DNA of 63,917 nucleotides, filler included, from a bacterium (lineage in GTDB: Bacteria; JBBIVP01), in assembly GCA_037439705.1 (NCBI GenBank). It is 9 parts of 9 records of this genome, joined end to end, with 100 filler letters (N's around TTAATTAATTAA, not from the genome) between each part and the next. Parts side by side here need not be neighbours in the genome. Positions count along the whole stretch, not along the records: positions 15,510 to 22,899 come from JBBIVP010000108.1; positions 23,000 to 30,377 come from JBBIVP010000109.1; 7 more parts are not named here. One strand, written 5' to 3'. The stretch's first letter is position 1. Each line of letters starts with the position of its first letter. Position numbers and translations under genes: made by a program. The notes beneath the pieces are model-generated. The model was not told where the DNA came from. It saw nothing but the letters and a program-made list of their open reading frames with translations, and did no database searches. Below are positions 19,103 to 30,289 of this stretch, piece after piece.

Positions 19103-19544
19103 TTTCTACTTCAATTCTTTTTATCTTTTCCACCCTCCTCCTGTGCCTCTCTTCATCGCTGAATGGAGTATTAAGCCATTTTTCCACAATGGCAATTCCT
19201 TTTTCTGGAGATGTATATGATGCGGAAAGACACAGGACATTGGCATTGTTGTGATTCGATGCCATTTCCGCCATGAACTCATCAAGAGCCAGTGCAGCTC
19301 TTATTCCCCTGAACTTATTTGCGGTTATTGACATTCCTATTCCTGTCCCACATATAAGAATTCCCATTTCAGCCTTTCCATTTTTTATGGAAAGACAGAC
19401 CTTCTTTGCGAAATCGGGATAATCAACAGAACTTCCAGAATCGCAACCTTCATCTATTACCTCTATTCCCTTTTTTTCAAGATATATTTTTATAGCCTTT
19501 TTTAACTCCAATCCTCTGTGGTCATTTCCTATTGCTATTTTCAT
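19086..19544 (-). CDS. rpiB: Ribose-5-phosphate isomerase B
   Basis: GNDHRG, DYPD, CGTGIGM, HNNANVL and RHRRRV. Confidence 0.95.
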   Translation of the reverse strand: MKIAIGNDHRGLELKKAIKIYLEKKGIEVIDEGCDSGSSVDYPDFAKKVCLSIKNGKAEMGILICGTGIGMSITANKFRGIRAALALDEFMAEMASNHNNANVLCLSASYTSPEKGIAIVEKWLNTPFSDEERHRRRVEKIKRIEVENAGDP

Positions 19545-19546
19545 CT

Positions 19547-20731
19547 TCAAAAATCCTCCAGAAACTTCATTGCTATTTCAACATCCTTGTCTCCCCTTCC
19601 TGAAAGGTTTATGACAAGGAGTTTGTTTTTAAACCTTTTCCTTTCCCTCATGAGAAAGGCAATTGCATGAGAGGGTTCAAGTGCTGGAATTATTCCTTCT
19701 TCTCTTGAAAGAAATCTGAAAGCGTTGATTGCTTCATTATCGCTTGCGGAATGGACCTCAATCCTTCCAATTTCTTTTAAATAGGCGACCTCAGGTCCTA
19801 CCCCAGGATAATCAAGTCCTGCAGAGATGGAATGGGCTGTTTTTATCTGTCCGTTCTTCTCCTGAAGCACATAGGTTAGAGAGCCGTGAAGGACTCCTTT
19901 TTTTCCTGCTGTAAGAGAGGCTCCGTGTTTTCCGGTTGAAAGCCCGAGTCCTCCCGCTTCAACCCCGATAAGACCCACGCCTTTTTCTTTTAGAAAAGGA
20001 TAGAAAAGTCCCATTGCGTTGCTTCCTCCTCCAACACAGGCTATAAGATAATCCGGAAGCCTTCCCTCCATTTCCATAATCTGAGCCCTCACCTCTTTTC
20101 CGATAACCGACTGGAAATCCCTTACAATCATTGGATAGGGATGTGGACCTGCAACAGAACCAATGATGTAATGGGTATTTCTAACATTTGTTACCCAGTC
20201 CCTTATTGCCTCGTTCATTGCATCCTTTAAGGTTTTTGAACCCGAAACAACAGGACAGACTTCTGCTCCAAGAAGTTTCATTCTGAACAGGTTCAACCTC
20301 TGCCTTTGTATGTCTTCTTCACCCATATAGATGGTGCATTTAAGTTTGAGCATGGCTGCTACGGTAGCAGTTGCAACACCATGTTGCCCCGCACCTGTTT
20401 CAGCAATTACCCTTTCCTTTCCCATCATTTTTGCAAGCAGACCCTGTCCGAGAGTATTGTTTATTTTGTGAGCGCCTGTGTGACACAGGTCTTCCCTTTT
20501 CAAATAAACCTTTCCTCCTACAAGCTCGCTAAGGGAAGGAGAAAGGTAAAGCGGAGTTGGACGACCTGCATAATTCCTTAAAAGCCTGTCAAGTTCTTTT
20601 TTAAAATTTTTATCTCTTTTCAGCCTCTGATACTCTTTTTCAAGTTCAATCAGTGCAGACATAAGGGTTTCAGGAACAAACCTTCCTCCAAATTCTCCGA
20701 AGTGTCCATTTTTGTCAGGCAGATTTTGCAT
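19547..20731 (-). CDS. trpB: Tryptophan synthase beta chain (TrpB1 type)
   Basis: [33 protein letters not shown] and NLSGRGDKD. Confidence 0.98.
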   Translation of the reverse strand: MQNLPDKNGHFGEFGGRFVPETLMSALIELEKEYQRLKRDKNFKKELDRLLRNYAGRPTPLYLSPSLSELVGGKVYLKREDLCHTGAHKINNTLGQGLLAKMMGKERVIAETGAGQHGVATATVAAMLKLKCTIYMGEEDIQRQRLNLFRMKLLGAEVCPVVSGSKTLKDAMNEAIRDWVTNVRNTHYIIGSVAGPHPYPMIVRDFQSVIGKEVRAQIMEMEGRLPDYLIACVGGGSNAMGLFYPFLKEKGVGLIGVEAGGLGLSTGKHGASLTAGKKGVLHGSLTYVLQEKNGQIKTAHSISAGLDYPGVGPEVAYLKEIGRIEVHSASDNEAINAFRFLSREEGIIPALEPSHAIAFLMRERKRFKNKLLVINLSGRGDKDVEIAMKFLEDF

Positions 20732-21332
20732 TTTTTATAAACTCCTTCATCAGTTCCGGAGATTTTATTCCAGGTGATATCTCTACTCCAGAGGAAACAT
20801 CAACTCCGTAGGGTCTTACCATTCTGACCACCTTTTTTACATTTGATGGGTTCAATCCTCCAGCAACTATTATTCTATAATCCTTCGTGAAGGGCTTGAC
20901 CATTCTGTAATCAAAGGGAGTTCCTGTTCCTCCATATCCCTTCTCGCTTTTTCCTTCCAGAAGAAATGCGGATGCCACTTTTTCCCATTTCTTCAGTTCT
21001 TTCTGGTCAATTTTATCTTCAATTCTAAATGCCTTAATTACCGGAAGCTTCAGCTCTTCAACCAGTTCAGGATTTTCTTCTCCGTGGAGCTGGACCTTTT
21101 GAATTCCGCTCAATTCTATCGCACTTTTCAATTCTTCAATTGAAGGGTTGACGAAAACTCCGACAGGAGATATAAAGGGAGGTAGTTTTTTTATTATCTT
21201 CCAGGCAGAAGATGGAGAAATGAATCTCAAACTCTTTTTGTAAAAAACAAATCCAAAGGCATCCGCTCCGAATTCGCAGGCAAGCATCGCATCCTCAAGC
21301 CTTTTTATTCCACATATTTTTACTTTTACCAT
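20715..21332 (-). CDS. trpF: Phosphoribosylanthranilate isomerase
   Basis: VKICGI, QLHGEE, GGTG, AGGL and DVSSGVE. Confidence 0.97.
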   Translation of the reverse strand: MVKVKICGIKRLEDAMLACEFGADAFGFVFYKKSLRFISPSSAWKIIKKLPPFISPVGVFVNPSIEELKSAIELSGIQKVQLHGEENPELVEELKLPVIKAFRIEDKIDQKELKKWEKVASAFLLEGKSEKGYGGTGTPFDYRMVKPFTKDYRIIVAGGLNPSNVKKVVRMVRPYGVDVSSGVEISPGIKSPELMKEFIKNAKSA

Positions 21333-22706
21333 TCAGGTGAGAATTTCAAAAAGCCTCAACGCTGCATCAGCAGCAAGTTCACCTCCTATACCGTGCTGTC
21401 CGGAATCGGCGCTGGAGTAAAATAGTCCTTCTATGTGCTGGTCAATTATGGGAGGACGGTTCTCGCCAATCTGGTCAATGCTCTGTGCAACTCCTATTGG
21501 ATTTCCCATCTCATTGAAAAGGGAATCTATGAATTGGGGCGATGCTGTTTCTTTCCAGATTATATGCCCTTCTATTTCGGGGAACACTTCAAGAAGAACT
21601 CTCATTATTGCGTCTTCCCATGGTTTCCAGTCATATTTTTTCCCGGGTTCGTATGTGCATCCCCATCCGGCATATATAAGTTCTTTCCCTTCCGGACAGG
21701 ATGTCGGGTCAAGGTTTGAGATTACCGGAATCATCAGGAAGGCTGCCTCTTCAGGAACAATTCCGGATTCAATTTCCCTTTTCAAATTTTCAAAATCCGT
21801 TCTTCCTATATACATAACCAGTTTTTTATCGGTTACCTTCTTGTCAACAGCCACTTTCAGGATAAAGGTTGGTGGAGTAAAATAATATGACTTTATTTTC
21901 TCTACGAACTCTTTTGGATAATTATCTTCTCCTACAAGTTTCAAAACAGTTGTCTTAATGTCCGCGTTTGAAATCACAATGTCAGCAGATACCCTTTTGC
22001 CATTTACAATCACTCCCTTCACCTTTTTTCCTTCAACTATTATTTTTTCTACTCTTGCTTCCGTTAAGACAAGATGACCCTTCTTTTTCATATAATTTAC
22101 ATAGGTTTCAGGAATAGCGCCCGTTCCTCCTACGGGGTATCCACTTGTCCGATTTTTCTGCATCTCCTGCTGACACCTTATCCATTCTCCCGTAGGAGTT
22201 TTATCGGGTGGAACAACGAAATACATCCCCATGAGAAATCCCATTATTGCCTCTACATTCGGGTTGGATACATATCTTCTCAAAAAAGATAACACATCAA
22301 TTTTGTCTAACTCTTTTAACTGCTCTTCTGAAAGGTCTGATATGTCCTGATACATCTTGAAAATATTTTGAAGGTCCGCTTCGGAAAGACCAAGTTTGCC
22401 CACTTCGCTCGGGAATTTCAGCCATTCACCTTTGAAGAAGAAAACTGGTCCTGGTTTTCTTGTATAAGACCATTTTACCTCCTCACCTATAATTGATAGA
22501 ACTTTTCCCATCGTTCCGTTCTCACAGTTGGCAATTATGTGACATCCTACATCCATTTTGAAGTTTTCCCTTTTATATGAAGCATATCTTCCGCCGATGA
22601 GTTTGTTTTTTTCAAAAAGGGAAATTTTAAAATCCCCTTTTGTTGCGAGAAGCGCTCCTATTGCACTTCCCCCAATTCCACTTCCTATTATTACTACTTC
22701 CTTCAT
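21333..22706 (-). CDS. FAD-dependent oxidoreductase, phytoene desaturase (COG1233) family
   Basis: VVIIGSGIGG dinucleotide-binding motif, EKNKLIGGR, YPVGG and ADIVISNAD. Confidence 0.8.
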   Translation of the reverse strand: MKEVVIIGSGIGGSAIGALLATKGDFKISLFEKNKLIGGRYASYKRENFKMDVGCHIIANCENGTMGKVLSIIGEEVKWSYTRKPGPVFFFKGEWLKFPSEVGKLGLSEADLQNIFKMYQDISDLSEEQLKELDKIDVLSFLRRYVSNPNVEAIMGFLMGMYFVVPPDKTPTGEWIRCQQEMQKNRTSGYPVGGTGAIPETYVNYMKKKGHLVLTEARVEKIIVEGKKVKGVIVNGKRVSADIVISNADIKTTVLKLVGEDNYPKEFVEKIKSYYFTPPTFILKVAVDKKVTDKKLVMYIGRTDFENLKREIESGIVPEEAAFLMIPVISNLDPTSCPEGKELIYAGWGCTYEPGKKYDWKPWEDAIMRVLLEVFPEIEGHIIWKETASPQFIDSLFNEMGNPIGVAQSIDQIGENRPPIIDQHIEGLFYSSADSGQHGIGGELAADAALRLFEILT

Positions 22707-22775
22707 ATCTCCTCTTTTTTTGATTTTATCATAAAGTTAGGGCTTATGAAATTGTACGCTTAAAACATTGTTTTT

Positions 22776-22815
22776 AAGAGTGTTCTGAAAAAGTGGGTTT
22801 TTTTGTAGATTTTTT
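22776..22815 (+). repeat. IS-like terminal sequence near the contig end (copy of 150..188)
   Basis: AAGAGTGTTCTGAAAAAGTGGGTTTTTTTGTAGATTTTTT. Confidence 0.7.
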
Positions 22816-22899
22816 TGAAGGAATTTTTGATTTCCTCGACATAAGACAAAATTAAAAATTTTTAAATGGGCAAAAATTTCAATTTTCACAAACCAATAC

Positions 22900-22999
22900 N
22901 NNNNNNNNNNNNNNNNNNNNNNNNNNNNNNNNNNNNNNNNNNNTTAATTAATTAANNNNNNNNNNNNNNNNNNNNNNNNNNNNNNNNNNNNNNNNNNNN
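22900..22999. other. Artificial contig linker
   Basis: N44-TTAATTAATTAA-N44. Confidence 0.98.
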
Positions 23000-23021
23000 G
23001 TCGGCATTTCTTAAATATATT

Positions 23022-23065
23022 ATTATATTCCTTTTACAATAATTGTCAAGTATTTGTATAAGTTA
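23022..23065 (-). promoter_or_regulatory. Promoter divergent from dnaK; target gene lies off the contig
   Basis: Minus strand reads TAACTTATACA-N5-TTGACA-N16-TATAAT. Confidence 0.65.
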
Positions 23066-23155
23066 TTCTATCTAAATTAGAACTCTATGCAAGAAAAATT
23101 GACATCTTTTAAAACTTGATTACTTTATCTACAAGAAATAAGCAGGAGGTTAAAA

Positions 23156-25054
23156 ATGGGAAGAATAATAGGAATTGACCTTGGAACCACCAATTCGGTA
23201 GCCGGATATTATGAAGGTGGACAGGTAAAGATAATTCCAAATGCAGAAGGGTCAAATCTTACACCATCGGTGGTAGCATTTACAAAAGATGGCCAGGTTC
23301 TCGTGGGACAACTTGCAAAAAGACAGGCAATCACAAATCCTGAAAATACCTTTTTTTCAGTAAAAAGGTTTATTGGAAGAAGATATGATGAGGTCCAAGA
23401 AGAAATAAAAATGGTTCCATATCGGGTGGAGAGAGGTCCTCATGATGACGCAAGGTTGGAATGTCCAGCAACAGGAAGGGTATATGCTCCTCAGGAAATT
23501 TCAGCCCTTGTGCTCCAGAAAATAAAAAAAGATGCGGAGGCATTTCTCGGGGAAAAAATCACAGAAGCAGTAATAACTGTCCCTGCATATTTTAACGACT
23601 CACAGAGACAGGCGACAAAGGATGCAGGAAGAATTGCTGGATTTGATGTAAAAAGGATAATAAATGAACCAACTGCCTCTGCTCTCGCTTATGGACTGGA
23701 GAAAAAGAAAAATCATAAAATTGCAGTTTATGACTTTGGGGGTGGAACATTTGACATATCAATTCTTGAGGTTGGAGATAATGTCGTTGAGGTTATAGCC
23801 ACAAACGGAGATACCCATCTCGGAGGAGACGACCTTGACCAAAGGATTATAAAATGGATTCTTGAGGAATTCATGTCAGAAAATGGCATAGACCTTTCAA
23901 AAGATAGAATGGCAATGCAGAGACTGAAAGAAGCTGCGGAAAAAGCAAAAATAGAACTTTCAACACTTAAAGAGACAGAAATCAACCTTCCCTTCATCAC
24001 CGCTGATCACACGGGACCAAAACATCTCCTTTTAAAATTAACAAGAGCAAAGTTTGAATCGCTCGTTCAGGATTTAATTGAAAAAACTCTGGGACCTGTT
24101 GAACAGGCACTAAAAGATGCTGGCTTAAAGCCATCCCAGATAGATGAAGTTGTGCTTGTAGGAGGTTCAACAAGAATTCCCAGGGTTCAGGAACTCGTCA
24201 GAGAGTATTTCGCAAAGGAGCCTTATAAAGGGGTAAATCCAGATGAGGTAGTTGCAGCTGGTGCTGCGGTTCAGGCGGGAGTCCTCAGGGGAGATGTAAA
24301 AGACATACTCCTTCTTGATGTCACTCCGCTTTCTCTTGGAGTAGAAACACTTGGAGGAGTAATGACAAAACTTATTGAAAGGAACACAACAATACCTGTG
24401 AGAAAATCAGAAATTTTTACTACCGCTGAGGACAATCAAACTACTGTAGAAATCCATGTCCTTCAAGGAGAAAGACCCCTTGCTAAGGACAACAGAACCC
24501 TTGCAAAATTCAGACTTGAAGGAATACCCCCTGCTCCAAGAGGAATCCCTCAGATAGAGGTGACATTTGACATAGATGCAAACGGGATTTTGAATGTATC
24601 AGCAAAAGACTTGGCAACTGGTAAAGCACAAAAAATCACAGTAACAGCATCAAGCGGTTTAACAGAGGAAGAAATAAAAAAGATGATAGAAGAAGCTCAA
24701 ATCCATTCCGAGGAAGACAGAAAGATGAAAGAGGTAGTAGATACAAGAAACCAGCTTGACGGACTCATTTATCAAACTGAAAAACTTCTTAGGGAGCACA
24801 GAGACAAAATACCTGAAGCAGAAATAAGAGCAATAGAGGAAGCAATAAACGAAGGAAAAAAGGTAAAGGATTTAAACGACATATATCAATTGAGAAATGC
24901 CATAAACAGAATAACCACTTCCTCACACAGAATTGCAGAAATTCTCTACAGAGCAGCCTCTGCTGGAAGAACAACGGGTTCATCAAAGGGAGACGGCGAA
25001 AACAAAACCGAAAAAGATGATGTAATTGATGCTGAGTATGAGGAAAAAAAGTGA
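23156..25054 (+). CDS. dnaK: Chaperone DnaK (Hsp70)
   Basis: [25 protein letters not shown] and [16 protein letters not shown] at 23099 and SD GGAGG. Confidence 0.99.
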   Translation: MGRIIGIDLGTTNSVAGYYEGGQVKIIPNAEGSNLTPSVVAFTKDGQVLVGQLAKRQAITNPENTFFSVKRFIGRRYDEVQEEIKMVPYRVERGPHDDARLECPATGRVYAPQEISALVLQKIKKDAEAFLGEKITEAVITVPAYFNDSQRQATKDAGRIAGFDVKRIINEPTASALAYGLEKKKNHKIAVYDFGGGTFDISILEVGDNVVEVIATNGDTHLGGDDLDQRIIKWILEEFMSENGIDLSKDRMAMQRLKEAAEKAKIELSTLKETEINLPFITADHTGPKHLLLKLTRAKFESLVQDLIEKTLGPVEQALKDAGLKPSQIDEVVLVGGSTRIPRVQELVREYFAKEPYKGVNPDEVVAAGAAVQAGVLRGDVKDILLLDVTPLSLGVETLGGVMTKLIERNTTIPVRKSEIFTTAEDNQTTVEIHVLQGERPLAKDNRTLAKFRLEGIPPAPRGIPQIEVTFDIDANGILNVSAKDLATGKAQKITVTASSGLTEEEIKKMIEEAQIHSEEDRKMKEVVDTRNQLDGLIYQTEKLLREHRDKIPEAEIRAIEEAINEGKKVKDLNDIYQLRNAINRITTSSHRIAEILYRAASAGRTTGSSKGDGENKTEKDDVIDAEYEEKK

Positions 25055-25115
25055 ATTAACTAAAATTGCCCTGTTTTTATAAACTTAGGAGTGCTGAAGG
25101 ACACAGTGAGAGAGA

Positions 25116-27026
25116 TTATCTACACTCTACTCTGTTAAGAAGTTCAAGAACCGTAGAACGAACAATTTCGCTTATATCCGTAGATGTAGGTTCAACCAAG
25201 AAACATTTAGATTTTCCGGACCTGTGAAGTTCAGAAAATCCCCTTTCTGAAACCTCATACAGATTGCTATGAACTTCAACCTCGTATATGCACATTTTCG
25301 CCAAATTCAATAATCCTTTTTTAATTGTTTCAACTTTTATCTCCATACTCCATCTTATGCCAAGCAACTTCAACTGCTCTATCTCTGTGCCAATGTTTAT
25401 GCCTGATAGGTTCACTCCTTCAATGCACCTGTTTATCCTCTCACCAATCGTATGTTCATCAACAAGGGCAACATTTTTCCTTCCTTCAACAGCATCAGAT
25501 GCTGAAGAATACACAGTTTCCTTATATCTCCCCTTCACCTTTATTAACACCCAGCACTTCTCATGAGGTATACCGCACCTTACCGCCGTATTTATTCTGG
25601 CGGACGCACCTAACAAAATTGGTTCTTCACCCTCTGGATAAACACTAACCCCCAAATTGACATCAGTAGATTGTAATGGACATTTGCTTACAAGTTTAAT
25701 AGGTATTAACAGAATATGCTTATCTTCTTTTTGAACAAGAGACTGTTGATTCTCTGTAATTGTAAAACAATAAGGAGACTTGACCGGCGAGGCGAAAGCA
25801 GTAAAAGATTGAGAGAAATCAGGGATTATCTCCACTTTCAAAAAAGCCTGCTCCCCAAACTCTAAAACTCCATTGTTATTACCCTCGGAATCATCCAGAT
25901 TTACTTTACCTATCACAGCGGTCACACCTTTGGGTTGAAAATGGGGAACAGGTTCTTCAATTTTTTCCTCCAAATATAGTGGAGTAGGAATTCCCATCTC
26001 AACAGGTTTCTCAATTTCTCCTACCCTCTGGATTTCTGCTTCTTCTTTTTTCTCAAGGAACCTTTTACTTGAAAGTTTCAAACTTACACTGCTCTTCACC
26101 TTCTCACAGTCCTTACACTCTGCATAAGCATAAATTACACATTCCTCAGGAATAATGATGCGTGATAGGTCCACAGATTCTTTTATACCCACACTAAACA
26201 CCACATCCTTATAGATGTCCTTATCAATTACTCCCACCTCAACCTCTTTATACTTAAGAGAGAGAACATCAAACAAACCCTTTAACCCTTCCAAAAGATA
26301 TACCGTGGTATTCTCCGCAGGAATCCTTCCTGAATTATACAATCTCACTATTATGGCCCCATCCTCACCCACTTCCAAAACACCATCTCCATTTCTATCT
26401 GAAAATTTAATACTGCTTATTTCCAGCGAGGGATTTTCCACTGACCTGTATCTTGAAGAAAAATACCCTGTTGTCACTCTCATAAACAAATTCCGAAAGT
26501 TATCAAAAGGAGAAGGCGGGAAACCCCAGTTTACTCCTCCTTCAAGAGAAAGAAATTTTGCAAGCGCGATGCCCAATCCAGCCTCAGCTTCTCCACCCCA
26601 TCCATTGACCGGTTGAGGGTCATCGCATAAACCCTTTACACACTGAAATCTGATAAATCCTCCTCCTCCGTATAAAAATATTTGAACCTGATTAGCAATA
26701 TGTTTGCTGAATACAAGGTATGGATGAAAAATAGGTATAGAATCTTTATAATCGTCTGATAAAAGAGAGAACTGATAGGCACCTATATTTATACCAAAAC
26801 CTATACCAGGATCAAAAAATGTAAACATAAACCTTAACTGGGAAGAAATAAAATCACCTATATTTCTGGAATTAAACGAATAAAAAAAACCACCTCCACC
26901 AAGTGAGAAGGACTTAAAGCCTATTACCTTCTTTCTGAAATATCCTTTGCCTTCCACCGGAACAAGAAGTAAAATAAAAATTGTTACCAATAGGTGAATA
27001 ATGTTTATTACTTTAACCTTCTTCAT
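25116..27026 (-). CDS. Multidomain envelope hypothetical protein (beta-barrel-like N-terminus, two Ig/CARDB-like domains, CsgG/TolB-N-like C-terminus)
   Basis: Signal peptide from ATG 27026; aromatic/Gly-rich strands; two D-x-x-G-(D/N)-x-GVLE-x-GE units (SDRNGDGVLEVGE, SEGNNNGVLEFGE). Domain labels are inference. Confidence 0.5.
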   Translation of the reverse strand: MKKVKVINIIHLLVTIFILLLVPVEGKGYFRKKVIGFKSFSLGGGGFFYSFNSRNIGDFISSQLRFMFTFFDPGIGFGINIGAYQFSLLSDDYKDSIPIFHPYLVFSKHIANQVQIFLYGGGGFIRFQCVKGLCDDPQPVNGWGGEAEAGLGIALAKFLSLEGGVNWGFPPSPFDNFRNLFMRVTTGYFSSRYRSVENPSLEISSIKFSDRNGDGVLEVGEDGAIIVRLYNSGRIPAENTTVYLLEGLKGLFDVLSLKYKEVEVGVIDKDIYKDVVFSVGIKESVDLSRIIIPEECVIYAYAECKDCEKVKSSVSLKLSSKRFLEKKEEAEIQRVGEIEKPVEMGIPTPLYLEEKIEEPVPHFQPKGVTAVIGKVNLDDSEGNNNGVLEFGEQAFLKVEIIPDFSQSFTAFASPVKSPYCFTITENQQSLVQKEDKHILLIPIKLVSKCPLQSTDVNLGVSVYPEGEEPILLGASARINTAVRCGIPHEKCWVLIKVKGRYKETVYSSASDAVEGRKNVALVDEHTIGERINRCIEGVNLSGINIGTEIEQLKLLGIRWSMEIKVETIKKGLLNLAKMCIYEVEVHSNLYEVSERGFSELHRSGKSKCFLVEPTSTDISEIVRSTVLELLNRVECR

Positions 27027-27265
27027 CCGCCCTTCCTCTCTACAAGTTTTTTTCTCTTTTACCACAGAAGGACTGACCGGTCAAGAAAATTTTATAATGA
27101 TCTCTGAAAAAGACAGGAATCATTTTTTGGCGAGTTTGTTATGATTGGGAATAAAGGAAAACAAAAAGAAATACTTAAAGTTATCAATTCACATATTTAA
27201 AACATGGACAAAAATATATACGGCCAAATGCAGGTGAATTAATTGTAAAGGCCACAAGCAAAATT

Positions 27266-28285
27266 TCAAATTTTTCTCCCTTGAAAACACCTATTTAAAT
27301 AATAAGATATAGCTCCGCACTCAAAAACTGCAATCATAATTACAAAAAATGGATGAATAAATCCCCTAAATGATAAAGCAAGTGTTAAAAAAATTAAAAA
27401 AACTGAAAGAAAGAATAATCCTATGGATTTAAGAAACGGAGAAAAAGTGAATATCTCTCCTGCATAAGGAATACCAATGGAAGAAATGCCTCCTATAAAG
27501 GAAATGCTAATAAATATAAGTTTTGTCCATATAAAATTTCTGTAAATAGAAGTATCAATATCCTCTTTTTCCAGTATCTTTTTCATTCTGCAAAGTTCAA
27601 AAAGGGAAAGAGCAAAAATCTCACTTTCAGAAAACCTTTTCTCTAACAAGAAACCATTAATGGGAATTTTTAATGAATCTGTCATTTCTGCTGGAAAGCC
27701 ATATTTATATATCCTCGCCTTTTCTATCATAATTCCATCTTCATCAATTTTTCCCATTTTAGCCTTAATAAGAGATGTGATTCTGCCCTCATCAATAAAA
27801 AAAATCTCAATATCAAAAATTAAGCCCTTCTCGGGAAATATACTCCCAAAATGAAATATATAATTTTTCCTTTTTGTCCAGTAGTCGGTTTTGGGCACAG
27901 TAATTTCCTCTTTGTAAAGGCTCTTAATTTCAAGAAATCTCTTTTCACTTTTCACCACTATTCCCTCCATGAAAATAAAAAGAAAAAGGCATATCAAAAG
28001 AAAAATGGGAATTGAATTTTTGAATAGAAATTTGCCATCAAACCCGATGGACGGAAGTGCCATAAGTTCATTTCTTATTTTCATAAAGTAATAGGAAATG
28101 AAAATACCAGCAAAAACAGAAAATGGTATAGAAAAAGAAAACAGAGCAGGAAACTTCCAGAAAATAAGGCCCCAAACTTGAGAAGGCTTATCAGGAATTC
28201 TCAAAAGTTCAACAAAAAAAATGGTACTTATAAGAGAAGAAAACACAAAAGATGAAAGAATTATGAACAGAAGATGGCTTCTCAT
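27266..28285 (-). CDS. lptG: LPS export permease LptG (LptF/LptG family)
   Basis: 3 TM + periplasmic beta domain + 3 TM; RNELMAL motif; tandem with a paralog. Confidence 0.75.
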   Translation of the reverse strand: MRSHLLFIILSSFVFSSLISTIFFVELLRIPDKPSQVWGLIFWKFPALFSFSIPFSVFAGIFISYYFMKIRNELMALPSIGFDGKFLFKNSIPIFLLICLFLFIFMEGIVVKSEKRFLEIKSLYKEEITVPKTDYWTKRKNYIFHFGSIFPEKGLIFDIEIFFIDEGRITSLIKAKMGKIDEDGIMIEKARIYKYGFPAEMTDSLKIPINGFLLEKRFSESEIFALSLFELCRMKKILEKEDIDTSIYRNFIWTKLIFISISFIGGISSIGIPYAGEIFTFSPFLKSIGLFFLSVFLIFLTLALSFRGFIHPFFVIMIAVFECGAISYYLNRCFQGRKI

Positions 28286-29343
28286 TATGAACCTGTAAAT
28301 TCACATCCTTTTAAGTAATTCTTCTTGTTTTTAATCCGTATGAAAACAATAATTAAACCAAAACCTGTTGGAAAAGGAATGCCTATGAAAGGATTTACCA
28401 CTCCCTTATTTGATAAAACTTTAAGAACCGCGTAAAAAGAGAAAAAGGACAAATAAATTACACAGCCAAGTAAAAGAGTGAAAGAAAACTTTCTTTCCGT
28501 AAGCGCAAATCCAAGAGGAATGGAAAAAATTGCAAAAAGAAAAGTATTGAAAGGATAAATAAGCCTTTCAAGTGCCTCAACTATAACTGGATTTGGATTA
28601 TATCCCGCTTTTTTTAATTCCTTTGCGAACCGGAAAAGCTCTTTGATAGATAGGGACTTTTTAAAAAATTTCTTCTTTATCTTTTCAGTGAATATGGAAA
28701 CCGGAAATTTCATTTCATCAAATTCAAAAAAGTAAAATTTATCTTTGGAATATAAAGCCCCTGACCCTTTCCTGAGCACTATTTTTCCACCATCAACAAA
28801 ACCTTCTCTGGAAAAAAGAGAAAGTTCTCCCCTCTCCTCTTTATAACTAAGAAAAATGTTTTTTAAAAGATTTCCTTCATTCCTTTCAACAAAAAAACTT
28901 GTATTTTCAAAAGTACGAAATGTCCCATAACTTATTATTGATTCAACCTGTATTTCCTCGTATTTTTTTTCAAATTTCTTCCACCCCCAGGGACCAATAT
29001 AAATGGAAAACATATATGAAATTCCTGTTATAAAGATAGAAATAATGAACAAGGGTTTACCAATCCTCCATGCACTCATACCGAGAGATACTCCTGCGAG
29101 AAGAAAATTTTCAAGTGCCAGTTTTCCGAGAAGCAAAATTGACGAAAGAAATGTAACAAAAGGAAAAAAATATATGAAATATGAGGGGACGACATAAATT
29201 CCAATTATGACTGATGCATTTTTAGGAACAAACCCCTCTATTTCTGGAGAGAATATTTTTATTATGAAGAATAAAGCAATTCCACTTATTCCTGTAGAAA
29301 CGAAATAGAGAAGAAAAAGAAGAGAAATATCCTTCTTCAGCAA
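28285..29343 (-). CDS. lptF: LPS export permease LptF (LptF/LptG family)
   Basis: Same topology; GKLALEN...GMS and ERLIYPF...IPLG. Confidence 0.75.
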   Translation of the reverse strand: MLKKDISLLFLLYFVSTGISGIALFFIIKIFSPEIEGFVPKNASVIIGIYVVPSYFIYFFPFVTFLSSILLLGKLALENFLLAGVSLGMSAWRIGKPLFIISIFITGISYMFSIYIGPWGWKKFEKKYEEIQVESIISYGTFRTFENTSFFVERNEGNLLKNIFLSYKEERGELSLFSREGFVDGGKIVLRKGSGALYSKDKFYFFEFDEMKFPVSIFTEKIKKKFFKKSLSIKELFRFAKELKKAGYNPNPVIVEALERLIYPFNTFLFAIFSIPLGFALTERKFSFTLLLGCVIYLSFFSFYAVLKVLSNKGVVNPFIGIPFPTGFGLIIVFIRIKNKKNYLKGCEFTGS

Positions 29344-29347
29344 ATGC

Positions 29348-30283
29348 TCAATAGATGAAGGAAAGAGGAGGAATAGTAATTGTTATACCAGGAGTCAACA
29401 CATTTGGATTGGGTCCTATTATCTTCTTGTTTTCTGAATAAATCATCTTCCACAACCTTGCATTTCCATAAAATTTAGCGGCAAGAAGATGCAAATCGTC
29501 ACCTTCTTTCACTGTATATTTCACCGGAAAGTTAAATTGCTGATATAAAAAAGCCACCACATATCCATATTTTGTTCTCAAGAGTAAAGATGGCTGAGCA
29601 GAAAGTGAAGGAGTTGGACGAACTGCTACTACTGGAGGTTTTGCGTTCATCTCCTCCTCTGTAAGAGCAGAAGGAAGTTTCTCCGGGACTTCTTTTTTAA
29701 CTACCACTGGAGGTGGTGGTACTACTTCTTCAGCTGGAACCACTTCTTTTACCCCCTCTTTCTCAACCGGCGGAACTTCTGCTGGAGCTGGAGGAACTGC
29801 CACTGCCTCCTCCGGTGGAGCAACTTCTTCCTCTACCTCTTCCTCAACAGGCGGAGCTCCTGCTGGAGGAGCAGCTACTCCTTCTTCGGGTGCCTCTGCT
29901 TCCTCTGCTTCCTCTACAACCTCTTCCTCCTCAGGTGCGGTAACCACCTCTTCCTTTTTTTCTGAAGGCTTCTCCGGAGGAACTTTCTCTTCCGGCTTCT
30001 TTTCAACCACTTCTTCTTCAGGAACCAACTCTTCCTCCTCTGTGACCAATTCTTCCTCTTCTTCTGTCCCCTTAACCTCTTCAACCTCCTCTTCTTCCGT
30101 TTCGGTAACTACCTCTTTAGTAGACTCTTCTTCAAACTCCTCCTCTTCACCAATCACCTCCTCCCCTACTTCCTCCTCAAGCATTTCTTCTTCCTGAGCA
30201 TAAGTGAAATGAGTTTTTGAAAAGAAAAGAGCCAATGCAAAAACTATTATGCCACTCCCTCCAATTTTTATTATTACTTTCAT
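29348..30283 (-). CDS. Exported Glu/Pro-rich low-complexity protein with a C-terminal LysM domain
   Basis: Signal peptide, about 190 aa of E/P/V/A-rich sequence, then YTVKEGDDLHLLAAKFYGNARLWKMIY...NPNVLTPG. Confidence 0.85.
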   Translation of the reverse strand: MKVIIKIGGSGIIVFALALFFSKTHFTYAQEEEMLEEEVGEEVIGEEEEFEEESTKEVVTETEEEEVEEVKGTEEEEELVTEEEELVPEEEVVEKKPEEKVPPEKPSEKKEEVVTAPEEEEVVEEAEEAEAPEEGVAAPPAGAPPVEEEVEEEVAPPEEAVAVPPAPAEVPPVEKEGVKEVVPAEEVVPPPPVVVKKEVPEKLPSALTEEEMNAKPPVVAVRPTPSLSAQPSLLLRTKYGYVVAFLYQQFNFPVKYTVKEGDDLHLLAAKFYGNARLWKMIYSENKKIIGPNPNVLTPGITITIPPLSFIY

Positions 30284-30289
30284 ATTTAT

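Noticed and set aside
23077-23103. CIRCE element upstream of dnaK
   Set aside because: Only the left arm (TTAGAACTC) is similar; there is no GAGTGCTAA arm 9 nt downstream.
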